Origin: Methanotrichaceae archaeon | GTDB lineage: Archaea > Halobacteriota > Methanosarcinia > Methanotrichales > Methanotrichaceae | Direction: 5' to 3' | Length of the DNA stretch: 27,561 nt | Assembly: GCA_963803145.1 (NCBI GenBank) | Contig: CAWDLW010000005.1 | Span: 1 to 27,561 of the forward strand | Shown: positions 1 through 8,683 of the stretch, in pieces | Layout of the letters: each line of letters opens with the position of its first letter | Position numbering within the stretch: the stretch's first letter is position 1 | Position numbers and translations under genes: made by a program | Notes under the pieces: model-generated | The model's database searches: none | The model's input: only the letters and a program-made list of their open reading frames with translations | Told to the model about the DNA's origin: nothing

Positions 1-1672
1 TATCTGTATAGGTTGCCAGAGATGGAACTCTGCTGGATGGCCGCCTTACAGGAGCCAAATCCATACCTACTAACCTCTCCCTTGCTGCCTCTACTCTCTC
101 AAGTGAAGGCCGTTTGGCGCTTAGCAGAGCAGCCTCGACCTTCGCCAGAATATCGCGCCTAAGCTTGTTAAGGCCACTTCGGGGAGCAAAAAGCCCACCA
201 GGATATTTCATCTCAAGTTTCCGTATGAGGAATGTGGTGCCTCCGGTCTTGCGAAGCTGAGCCTCGATCTGTTCGGATATCAGGGGCCTATTCAGCGCCG
301 GATCCATCCTGAAATCCGCCCTGAACTCAATGCGTCCAATTTCCTCCGGCCCATCAACGCAGACTACAGGCACGCCGTCGTCCCAGGCGATGCTGAGATC
401 GATGGGAATCTGCATCGTAGAACTCTGCGTCGTAGGACTCTGCATCGCAGGACGGGTGGTGCTCTCTTTAGCTCTTCTTGAGATGGCATTGCTGCTTGTT
501 AGGTAGACCTTAGCTCCAGGCCTTACCCTATCAGGTGTCTTGAGCTTGAGTAGCCCATCCCTTAAGATGGGCTTATGCACAACCATTCCCAGCTCCTGGC
601 CTGGAGCCATGAAGACAAGCCCATCTCCCTGTTCAGGCACAAGAGCTGTTAGGAGCCTCATTGAGGCTTCGCCATGATGGGAATCGTATGAGACCGCAGT
701 GCCTATGAGAAGCCCTCGATTATCTGACATCGTGCGTCCCATGATATCCTTCGATCCCAAAAGGTGGCCCTCTGTAAAATCGCGATTGAATGCCAATGCA
801 AGATCCGACATATCCTGTTTTGAGGGAGACCATGTCCCTTCGGCTATCTTGTCTAAAGCCTTGCGATAAATATCAGTCACTATGGCCACATACTCAGGCG
901 ATTTCATCCTGCCTTCGATTTTGAGGGACTCAATAGGCGAGTTCACGACCTTATCCAGGTTGCTGTAGGCCGATAAGTCGCGGGTTGAGAGCAGAAAACG
1001 ATCCTTTATATCAGCGGCCAATAGATTTGCAGGACGGCCATACAGATCCTTATCGCCTCTTAGGAGCACATAGGGCTTCCTGCATGGCTGGGCGCACATC
1101 CCTCTGTTCCCGCTCCTGCCGCCAATAGCCGAAGAGAGGAGGCACTGACCTGAGTAGCAGTAGCATAGGGCGCCATGGACGAAAACCTCCAGCCCAACTT
1201 TCGCTTCCTTTGCCATCTTTTTGATCTCGTTGACGGAAACCTCCCTCGCAAGGACAACGCGCTTCATTCCAAGCTTTGCTGCCCAGGCAGCGCCTTGGCT
1301 GTTGTGGATAGTCGTCTGCGTCGATGCATGAATGTCGAGGTCGGGAACCAGCGTTCGGGCCAGAGCTGCCAGGCCTATGTCCTGAACAAGAACTGCATCA
1401 GCGCCAATCTCGTAGAGCTTGACAAGGTATCTTGCAGCATCAGAAAGCTCGCTATCCCTGATCAGAGTGTTCACTGTGATATACACCTTAACTCTATGGA
1501 GGTGAGCATAGTCTATGGCCTTCTCTAGCTCCGACTCATCGAAGTTCTGGGCGAATTTTCTTGCACCAAATCTTCTGCCGCCTAGGTATACGGCATCGGC
1601 TCCGGCAGCTACAGCAGCCAACAAAGCATCAGGCGATCCTGCTGGTGCGAGGAGTTCGGGTAATCTTCTCAT
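1..1672 (-). CDS. U32 peptidase-family protein with DUF3656 domain (RlhA-like RNA hydroxylation protein), 3'-truncated by the window edge
   Basis: Not in the ORF track because no stop is reached. Manual translation from ATG 1672 gives MRRLPELLAPAGSPDALLAAVAAGADAVYLGG, then the U32 Fe-S motif LEVFVHGALCYCYSGQC...SGNRGMCAQPCR, then the DUF3656-like QLRKTGGTTF...GGLFAPRSGLNKLRR in the same frame. Confidence 0.9.
   Translation of the reverse strand, partial: MRRLPELLAPAGSPDALLAAVAAGADAVYLGGRRFGARKFAQNFDESELEKAIDYAHLHRVKVYITVNTLIRDSELSDAARYLVKLYEIGADAVLVQDIGLAALARTLVPDLDIHASTQTTIHNSQGAAWAAKLGMKRVVLAREVSVNEIKKMAKEAKVGLEVFVHGALCYCYSGQCLLSSAIGGRSGNRGMCAQPCRKPYVLLRGDKDLYGRPANLLAADIKDRFLLSTRDLSAYSNLDKVVNSPIESLKIEGRMKSPEYVAIVTDIYRKALDKIAEGTWSPSKQDMSDLALAFNRDFTEGHLLGSKDIMGRTMSDNRGLLIGTAVSYDSHHGEASMRLLTALVPEQGDGLVFMAPGQELGMVVHKPILRDGLLKLKTPDRVRPGAKVYLTSSNAISRRAKESTTRPAMQSPTTQSSTMQIPIDLSIAWDDGVPVVCVDGPEEIGRIEFRADFRMDPALNRPLISEQIEAQLRKTGGTTFLIRKLEMKYPGGLFAPRSGLNKLRRDILAKVEAALLSAKRPSLERVEAARERLVGMDLAPVRRPSSRVPSLATYTD
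409..453. repeat. 3 x 15-bp imperfect in-frame tandem repeat inside the U32 gene
   Basis: tctgcatcgtagaac / tctgcgtcgtaggac / tctgcatcgcaggac; encodes PAMQS-PTTQS-STMQI in the linker before DUF3656. Confidence 0.8.
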
Positions 1673-2234
1673 TTCTTTTTATGTGCTCCAGTAATTGCGT
1701 TAATGACTGTCTCGGTTGAGATATTATTTATACTACTACTGATACGCTGGCACATAAGATTTCTCTGATACTACCTCGGAGTTCGCTATGGCCATTTGTG
1801 AGCCATATTATTTTGGATCTGGGCTATTGAGGTTTCTAAGTGATCATGCGGGGATTGAGACTATGCACCATTGCTTCATAGAATATCTTCCCCGTAATAA
1901 TATGTAATTTCTGACTACCATTATATTCAGAAGTTTCAAGCTTTATTAGGTTACTTGCAAGGGGTGAGATCACTGCATGTACTTCAGAACACACCCCAAT
2001 GAGTATCGGGGCCAATATGAACATAACGATTATTTATATGAATAAACATCAGTCTATTCTCAAGGGGCCTGTAATCCTTGAAGAGATTATTGTTTATCCT
2101 GCTACTTGGTATGGTGCTGGCTGCACCGGCTTTAGGGCAACAGACGAAAGATGTAGACTCGCTAATCAAAGATCTCAAGAATGACAATAGCACGATTCGA
2201 GCGAATGCCGCAGAATCACTAGGCGAGATCAAAG

Positions 2235-3270
2235 ATAAGCGAGCTGTAGAACCACTGATCCAGCTCTCAAGGATAATGATAGCCATGTACGAGGAGATGC
2301 TGCATATGCTCTCGGTAAGATCAATGATACCAGAGCGATAGAACCACTGATCCTGGCTCTCAAGGATAATGAGTACTATGTACAAACCAGCGCTATGGAT
2401 GCTTTCGTAAAATATTGGCAAACCCGCAATCGATCCACTGATCGTAGCTCTCAAGGATAATGATAGCCAAGTGCGAGGAGATGCTGCATTGGCTCTCGGT
2501 GTGATCAAAGATAAGCGAGCTGTAGAGCCACTGATCCTGGCTCTCAAGGATAATGATAGCCATGTACGAGGTGATGTTGCATTGCTCTAGGAAGATCAAT
2601 GATACTAGAGCTGTAGAACCACTGATCCAGGCTCTCAAGGATAATAATAGCTATGTGCGGTGCTGTGCTGCATTGGCTCTCGGTGAGATCAAAGATAAAC
2701 GAGCTGTAGAACCACTGATCCTAGCTCTCAAGGATAATAATAGCTATGTACGAGAAGATGCTGCATTGGCTCTCGGTTTTAACTATTAAGCGTGCTCTAG
2801 GACGGTCGTATGATAGTGGTATTTGAGAAGTGAGATTAATCCCGTCATAGCACCAAGCAAATGGAAATCAATATCTATCGGCTCTCATATCGGATAATGA
2901 CAGGTTCAGCAGAGTACCTATGTGAAATTTCGAAGAATGCAACCCTATAGATGCTGATTAGGGTAGAGCTCGAGATAGTTACCTCGGTTTTATCAATGAT
3001 AAACGAGCTGTAGAACCACTGATCCTGGCTCTCAAGGATAATGATAGCTATGTACGAGAAAGTGCTGCATTAGCTCTCGGTTAGTCAATGATACCCGAGC
3101 TGTAGAACCACTGATCCTGGCTCTCAGGGATAATGATAGCCAGGTACGAGAAGATGCTGTATATGCTCTCGGTGAGATCAGAGATGCCAGAGCAATAGAG
3201 CCATTGATTCAAGCTTTAAAGGATGAGAATAAGCAGGTCCGATCGGCGGCGGAAGCTGCACTCAAGGCAT
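2235..3270 (+). repeat. Coding ~93-bp tandem repeats (31-aa HEAT units)
   Basis: Recurrent GAGCTGTAGAACCACTGATCC(A/T)GGCTCTCAAGGATAAT core at about 93-bp period, interrupted once by the insertion. Confidence 0.85.
2781..2982. mobile_element. ~202-bp non-coding MITE-like insertion
   Basis: Flanked by direct repeat CTCGGTTTT(A) at 2772-2780(1) and 2983-2991(2). Imperfect terminal inverted repeats: TAACTAT-TAAG-CGTGCTCTA and TAGAGCTCG-AG-ATAGTTA. Removing the insert plus one direct repeat restores LGF-IND of the HEAT unit. Confidence 0.72.
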
Positions 3271-3838
3271 TGGGTCGTACAACATAAGCAGATGCAGCCT
3301 CCGCCAAGGCCAAGCAGCTAGGGTATAAGGGCTGAATATATCTCCTTTGAGGGCTTCACTTCGTGGTGGATTTACTAGCAATCTTTAGGCCATACTATTC
3401 AAGACCTAATCTATCGATGCCGGTATTGTATCTGCCATTTTGTGCGGGGGATGAGATTCTCTCACTCTATCGATCCAAACGTTTTCGATGATATGGCGGA
3501 TTCAATCCAGACGCAGTAACTATTTGTTGCTATGTGTTTTTTTAAACATCGCAATAATTTATTTTCAACCTCAAAAATACTAGAATTAATAATGCATTTA
3601 TCTACTATTATTTGTAAGCTCCAGGTAAGGTATCATTTTCAGCAAGTTGCATGAGCAACCCAAAGCAGCGGGGATCTGTTGCATATTATGGAGTCGAAGG
3701 AATATGGCTGGGGATAGCGTTTCCCAACTCCATTGACCACAAAACGCGACGGTGTAACTGATGGAAACCATTAAATATGATAGTAGTATACGCATTTTAA
3801 CTTTATTATATGTGATATTCAGAGAAAGGTGAACCAAC

Positions 3839-4162
3839 ATGAAGAAAAACCTCGGATTATTAGGTGTATTAATTTTGTTGGCTATACTAGTCCAGCCAAC
3901 ATTGGCGCAGATGAAAGTTATTCATGTAGTTGATGCATATAGTAGTAAGGATGTTTCGGTAGCCAGGGTAGACATATGTGACGATGGAGGTAACACGATT
4001 GAATGGGGTTATACCGATAGCTACGGAGATTACCGCATCACCGAATCTTTATTGTTAGATCAGTCCTACCTCATAAAAGCATCATCATACAATGAGCAAG
4101 GATCAAAGAGAGTAAATCTGGACACGTTTACACCCAATACGATCGTGGTCGAAATTCAGTAA
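3839..4162 (+). CDS. Small secreted protein, probable beta-sandwich (carboxypeptidase-regulatory/prealbumin-like fold)
   Basis: Signal peptide MKKNLGLLGVLILLAILVQPTLA; HVVDA...ARVDI...GYTDSYGDY pattern; GGTGA ribosome-binding site upstream. Confidence 0.7.
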   Translation: MKKNLGLLGVLILLAILVQPTLAQMKVIHVVDAYSSKDVSVARVDICDDGGNTIEWGYTDSYGDYRITESLLLDQSYLIKASSYNEQGSKRVNLDTFTPNTIVVEIQ

Positions 4163-4179
4163 TGTAACACGCTACAAGG

Positions 4180-4802
4180 CGTGATGGAGGAGATATCCGT
4201 GGATAAAATAATCAAATTATGTCTAGTGTCGGTGTTTGTTCTAATAATTTGTTATTGTGCTACTGCACAAACATATCAATCAGGGTCACAGAATTCAAAC
4301 ACTGCAGCGGCCTGGGAATCAAAGGGCGTGGCTTTATTTCAACAAGGTTCATATAGCGATGCCTATTATGCGTTTTCTCAGGCTATCAAACTCGACCCAC
4401 AAAATGAAGATCACTGGTCTTGGTTAGCTGCAACACTCGATGAGCTAGGTAGGGCCGACGATGCCTTTCAAGCCTACAGCCAGTGTGTTAAGCTCAATCC
4501 AAATGATGATTTTGCCTGGTATTGGATAGCCGGCTACTACTTGGATCATAACAAGTTCGATGAAGCCACTAAAGCTATCGACAATGCTATCACGATCAAA
4601 CCGCAGGATGGGTCTTACTGGACAATGAAAGGTGACATTTTTGCTCAGATCGCTTTAAATTCTGGAGTTGATCCAACGGCCATTCCACAAGTTAATGAAT
4701 GCTATGCTAAGGCCAGAGAGCTAGGAGATACCACAGCAGGTGATTGGGAAAATTCGGCGATATGATGCATTCGCATGCCGTGATGGAGGAGATCGCTGTG
4801 GA
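4180..4802 (+). repeat. Direct repeat CGTGATGGAGGAGAT-N4-GTGGA bracketing the TPR gene
   Basis: Exact 15-mer at 4180-4194 and 4779-4793, each followed at identical spacing by GTGGA (4199 and 4798). Confidence 0.7.
4199..4765 (+). CDS. Secreted TPR-repeat protein
   Basis: The track ORF starts at 4181, but GTG 4199 follows GGAGG and gives a clean signal peptide. Three to four TPRs (AWESKGVALF...AIKLDPQ); ends YAKARELG. Confidence 0.85.
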   Translation: MDKIIKLCLVSVFVLIICYCATAQTYQSGSQNSNTAAAWESKGVALFQQGSYSDAYYAFSQAIKLDPQNEDHWSWLAATLDELGRADDAFQAYSQCVKLNPNDDFAWYWIAGYYLDHNKFDEATKAIDNAITIKPQDGSYWTMKGDIFAQIALNSGVDPTAIPQVNECYAKARELGDTTAGDWENSAI

Positions 4803-5482
4803 CTTACAGGCTGATCCGTCTCTCACAAGTGTGTATAACCTGTAAGCCCGTCCCTCCATTTTTGATATCTTCAAAGCCAGAGCCGTATTTTATAAATATC
4901 TTTCTGATCTGCAAAGGTAGTAGCCTTCGCGCGCCTGATTATATGTTATCAGCATCCGATAGCGATAAATTCAATTCACCGACATCAGTAACCGCTCAAG
5001 AAAAGTCGATCCTTATTCCTACAATGATTGGAATAATGGTTAACTCAGAAATGCTTTTGAATCAGTTTGTAGCCTTATTGCAAGTTGTATATTTCACTGC
5101 GGTAAACTAGCAGGCCGAATACAAGCAACCATCCGCTAGTTCTATGGCGTTATCGAAAGATTAGATCTTTTTCATATTAATGCATCAAAACCATAGATAA
5201 CACTGTATTCGCAAACACCATGAGCACAAAGAACACCGCTGGTATGCTACCCATGAACATATGGACAGCTCATGTGTTCATTTAAGATAAACTCGACGAT
5301 AGATGAGCTTGAGGCTATTGTAAAAAGCGTGCGTTAATTAGCCCCTACCTCCAACTGGCTCCTATCTGCTCTCATGAATAGGCGCTCCGAGATTCTGACA
5401 GACAAGTAGGTAAAGTACATGTACAATATCCGTTCTATACTACTAATAGAAAAGTTTTCAACCCTTATGATATGGTGATCCC

Positions 5483-6070
5483 TTGGACCTAATCAAAAGC
5501 CCAGATACTCTGAAGCAAGACAGGATACCCCCAGGCCAGAGTGCCACAGATGGATGGCCAGTGCTACATTATGATGGAGTCCCCAGGATAAATGCATCAG
5601 AGTGGCGATTCAGGTTATTTGGCCTGGTCAAGAAGGAGCGCGAGCTAGGCTTTCCAGAGTTTCTCTCGCTCCCTCAGGTACGGGTTTTATCGGATATACA
5701 TTGTGTAACCGGCTGGTCAAAGCTCGATAACATATGGGAGGGCATGAGCGCCTCTGCTCTGAAGGATCTGGTGGAAATCCTTCCTGAGGCGGGTTATGCC
5801 GTAATCCATGCTCATGGCGGCTTCACTACCAACCTCTCTCTGGAGGACTTATTCCAGGAGGATGTTCTCTTTGCAGTCAAGCATAGCGATAGGCCGCTTA
5901 CGCCAGATCACGGCTATCCAGTAAGGCTCGTAGTCCCAAGGTTGTACTTCTGGAAGAGCGCAAAATGGGTTAATGGTGTTGAGTTCACTAAGGAGGACCG
6001 ACCAGGTTTCTGGGAATCGCATGGATACCACAACCGAGGAGATCCCTGGGAGGAAGAACGATATGGTTGA
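5483..6070 (+). CDS. Sulfite oxidase-like molybdopterin-dependent oxidoreductase (YuiH/MsrP family catalytic domain)
   Basis: RIPPGQ, DIHCVTGWS (Mo-ligating Cys), HGYPVRLVVP, YFWKSAKWV, GFWE..GYH.RGDPWEEERY. Confidence 0.92.
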   Translation: MDLIKSPDTLKQDRIPPGQSATDGWPVLHYDGVPRINASEWRFRLFGLVKKERELGFPEFLSLPQVRVLSDIHCVTGWSKLDNIWEGMSASALKDLVEILPEAGYAVIHAHGGFTTNLSLEDLFQEDVLFAVKHSDRPLTPDHGYPVRLVVPRLYFWKSAKWVNGVEFTKEDRPGFWESHGYHNRGDPWEEERYG

Positions 6071-6153
6071 AGGCTATTTGTTGCCTGGCTGAAGATAAGC
6101 TTCTACACAGGTTATTTATTTGAGAAGATGCAACCATCATTTTGGTGAATGTG

Positions 6154-7170
6154 ATGAGGTTATCTCCTATTATCATTCTTTTGGTGTCGATAATAATACT
6201 CCCCTCTGCTCAGGCTCTCCAGGAATTTTCTGGACAGGTCGTCTCCATAGATTCTCCTGTCGAGGATGATGTCTTTGCTGCGGGCAATGTTGTGAACATC
6301 AATGCGCCCGTTGATTCTGCGGTCGTGGCTGGTGGTACTGTGAACATCAATGCGCCTGTGAAAGGAGATGTCTTCGCGGCCGGCGGCCAGGTAAACATCA
6401 ACTCTGACGTAGGCGGCAAAGTCGTGACTGCAGGCGGGAATGTAAACCTGGGAGGCAATATTGGAACAAATCTGGTAGCAGCAGGCGGCAACGTGGATAT
6501 TCTGCCTGGAAAGGCTATCAGCAGGGATGCTCTCATCTCGGCTGGCAATGTAATCAATGCAGGCAAGGTTAGCGGAAATCTTACCGTTTACGCGACCAAT
6601 TTCCAAAACAATGGAAGTGCTGGCAGAGTTGAGTTCCATAGGACTGCGACTGAAGGAGCGCGGCCAAGAGGTGGGTTCAACTTCTTCGGCGTGCTAATGG
6701 CCATAGGCTACTTCATACTTGGACTGATTATGCTCAGATATATTCCAGGCCTCTTTAAGGACTTGGATAAAGAGATAAAGACCTCTACAGCCGTCAGGAC
6801 CATAATCGGGTTCATATCGATAATAGTATCCGTAATAGTAATCATAATAATCGCCATAACGGTCGTGGGCTTGCCTATTGCAGTAATACTGGCTTTGCTT
6901 TTCATCGTCTCTCTAATGCTCACCGGAATTTTTGTGTCGTTCAGCCTTGGAAGATGGATAGGAGGTCGCTTGAACCTGAAGTACAGCGACATGATCCTCT
7001 TTGCGATAGGGTTTGTGGTACTGAACATTCTCTTCCTGCTGCCGTACATCGGAGGATTGATAGGGCTGATTTCCTTGAGCCTTGGTTATGGAGCAATCCT
7101 CTATGCAGTGCGAGGCTTCCTTCCAAGGGCGGCCAAGTCCAATGTGCCCCCAGCCTTGCCTCCGACCTAA
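6154..7170 (+). CDS. Membrane protein with N-terminal bactofilin-like (polymer-forming) beta-helix
   Basis: Signal peptide; about 16-aa repeats (DVFAAGGxVNINAPVxG; DNA repeat tgtgaacatcaatgcgcc at 48-bp period); multi-pass C-terminal TM region. The track start is 6142; ATG 6154 is preferred. Confidence 0.8.
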   Translation: MRLSPIIILLVSIIILPSAQALQEFSGQVVSIDSPVEDDVFAAGNVVNINAPVDSAVVAGGTVNINAPVKGDVFAAGGQVNINSDVGGKVVTAGGNVNLGGNIGTNLVAAGGNVDILPGKAISRDALISAGNVINAGKVSGNLTVYATNFQNNGSAGRVEFHRTATEGARPRGGFNFFGVLMAIGYFILGLIMLRYIPGLFKDLDKEIKTSTAVRTIIGFISIIVSVIVIIIIAITVVGLPIAVILALLFIVSLMLTGIFVSFSLGRWIGGRLNLKYSDMILFAIGFVVLNILFLLPYIGGLIGLISLSLGYGAILYAVRGFLPRAAKSNVPPALPPT

Positions 7171-7180
7171 TTCCATATTT

Positions 7181-7206
7181 CGGGCTTTTCAAACAAGGAA
7201 AGCCCG
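7181..7206. terminator. Stem-loop downstream of the bactofilin-like gene
   Basis: CGGGCTTT (7181-7188) pairs with AAAGCCCG (7199-7206), 11 nt after the stop. Confidence 0.4.
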
Positions 7207-7221
7207 CAAATATTATTTGCT

Positions 7222-8040
7222 ATGCGATCTTTACTTCTGAAGATGAAGGGCTTAAAGCTTATTGTGTTCTACAGCGGCGAATTCGGCCAGCGTGTCATCG
7301 GCAACCTGGTAAACTACTCAGGCTTCTGTATCTCTTGCGGTGAGGCATGCAGCCAGTGCCGTTCTGTGAGACCAGGTTACGCAGAGAACATAGTCTCATT
7401 GGTGGAGATGCCCGATCCGGCAACACTTGGTGACTTTATAGACGATGTGGAGCCCCTTCTTCCGAGGGAGATACCTAAGGCAGATATCGCAATGATCATC
7501 AATATACATCCTGACATACTCTTCGGCCTTCTCCCTAGACTGAAGGACGCAGGGGTCAAGGGGATCATTGGATCCTCCGAGACGCCCCGTGAGCTGCAAC
7601 TGGGCCAGAGAAAGCAGCTTGAAGAGAAGGCAGCAGAGTTGGGCATGGAGGCAGCCTTTGCAAAGCCTTTCTGTGCTATGCGTCCAGATCCTAATAAGCC
7701 CAATATTTCAGCCTTCCTTGAAGAGGCCGGCATAGGAGAGCCCCTGATAGATGTGACTGTTCAGAAAAGCAGGGAGGGCAAGGACACAATCGTAGCGGCG
7801 AACGTAGTAAGGAGCGCTCCTTGCGGCTCGACATGGTTCGTCGCCAAAAGGCTTCTGGGACTTGAGCCGGACCAGCCTGACATCCGCGAAAGGATATCAG
7901 AGGCGCATCACGCCTACCCATGTACAGCAAGCATGGAACGCGATACTGAGCTGGGAGATACAATTCTGCACAAAGGCGGCTATATTATACGGGAGGCTGT
8001 GGAGGACTCCTTCAAAAAGGCGAAGCGCGCTTCAGATTAA
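7222..8040 (+). CDS. DUF166 family protein
   Basis: GEFGQRVIGNL, IHPD, KPFC, RSAPCGSTWFVA, HAYPCTASM, ILHKGG motifs. The start may be ATG 7243. Confidence 0.8.
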   Translation: MRSLLLKMKGLKLIVFYSGEFGQRVIGNLVNYSGFCISCGEACSQCRSVRPGYAENIVSLVEMPDPATLGDFIDDVEPLLPREIPKADIAMIINIHPDILFGLLPRLKDAGVKGIIGSSETPRELQLGQRKQLEEKAAELGMEAAFAKPFCAMRPDPNKPNISAFLEEAGIGEPLIDVTVQKSREGKDTIVAANVVRSAPCGSTWFVAKRLLGLEPDQPDIRERISEAHHAYPCTASMERDTELGDTILHKGGYIIREAVEDSFKKAKRASD

Positions 8041-8151
8041 TTTATTCCTCTCGAAAGCCTTTTTGCCCTTAAAATAAATCTTCGATCCATGTTCCTCAAC
8101 TTCTCCCTAGGTTACACATTTCAGAATCTTGTAATCCCTCTCACAAGCGAG

Positions 8152-8598
8152 ATGAGCTCTGCTAGCTATTGGCTTAACAAAGGCAATGAGCTATGTAATT
8201 CAGGTGATTTTGAAGATGCTCTCAAGGCATATGATCATGCATTAATCATTGATGGCACGCTTGTGGATGCCTGGAACAATAAGGGAATGATACTTGCAAA
8301 CATGGGCCGCCTCGATGATGCCCTGAAATCATTTGATGAGGCTCTTAAGCTCTCTCCAAAGCATGTTTACACACTGAGCAACCGAGGCATGGTATTAGGC
8401 CAGCTGAAAAGATATAATGAGGCGCTGAGATGCTTTGACGCTGCAATTGAAGCAGATGCATATTTTGCGGGTGCATGGTATAATAAGGCTCTAGCTCTTC
8501 AAGCCCTCGGAAGAGGTCGTGAGGCGAAAGCTGCTATGAAAACAGCCATGGCACTGGAGCCCGGGTATCGAGGTATTCCGGGATGTGGCAGGCGTTAA
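8152..8598 (+). CDS. TPR-repeat protein
   Basis: Four TPRs (YWLNKGNEL, AWNNKGMIL, LSNRGMVL, AWYNKALAL). The track start is 8089; ATG 8152 is more plausible. Confidence 0.88.
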   Translation: MSSASYWLNKGNELCNSGDFEDALKAYDHALIIDGTLVDAWNNKGMILANMGRLDDALKSFDEALKLSPKHVYTLSNRGMVLGQLKRYNEALRCFDAAIEADAYFAGAWYNKALALQALGRGREAKAAMKTAMALEPGYRGIPGCGRR

Positions 8599-8683
8599 TG
8601 AGTAGTATCATGAATCACTTTACCCCTTTTCTACAGGATGCGCTTTTTGTTTTTGAGAAACACAACCGGCGGATCCAGCTTCT

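Larger units (their letters stand above)
2078..3335 (+). pseudogene. Secreted HEAT (PBS-lyase/alphaRep-type) repeat protein, disrupted
   Basis: Signal peptide MKRLLFILLLGMVLAAPALG, then about 10 repeats of D(K/T)RAVEPLIxALKDN(D/N)SxVRxxAAxALGxI. Frameshifts near 2264, 2410, 2584/2591 and 3083, an insertion at 2781-2982, an in-frame TAA at 3285-3287 and the final TGA at 3333-3335. Confidence 0.88.

Noticed and set aside
3082-3084. In-frame TAG as pyrrolysine
   Set aside because: It coincides with a 1-nt deletion in a gene with multiple lesions, and there are no pyl genes or methylamine methyltransferase context in the window.
2235-3270. Regularly spaced repeats as a CRISPR array
   Set aside because: The period is 93 bp (31 codons), the would-be spacers are homologous to each other and translate as HEAT units, and no cas genes are present.
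2078-3335. Diversity-generating retroelement acting on the HEAT repeats
   Set aside because: No reverse transcriptase, no template/variable repeat pair, and the differences are not adenine-specific.
4829-5110. 93-aa ORF
   Set aside because: No ribosome-binding site or recognisable motif; at most part of a decayed gene.
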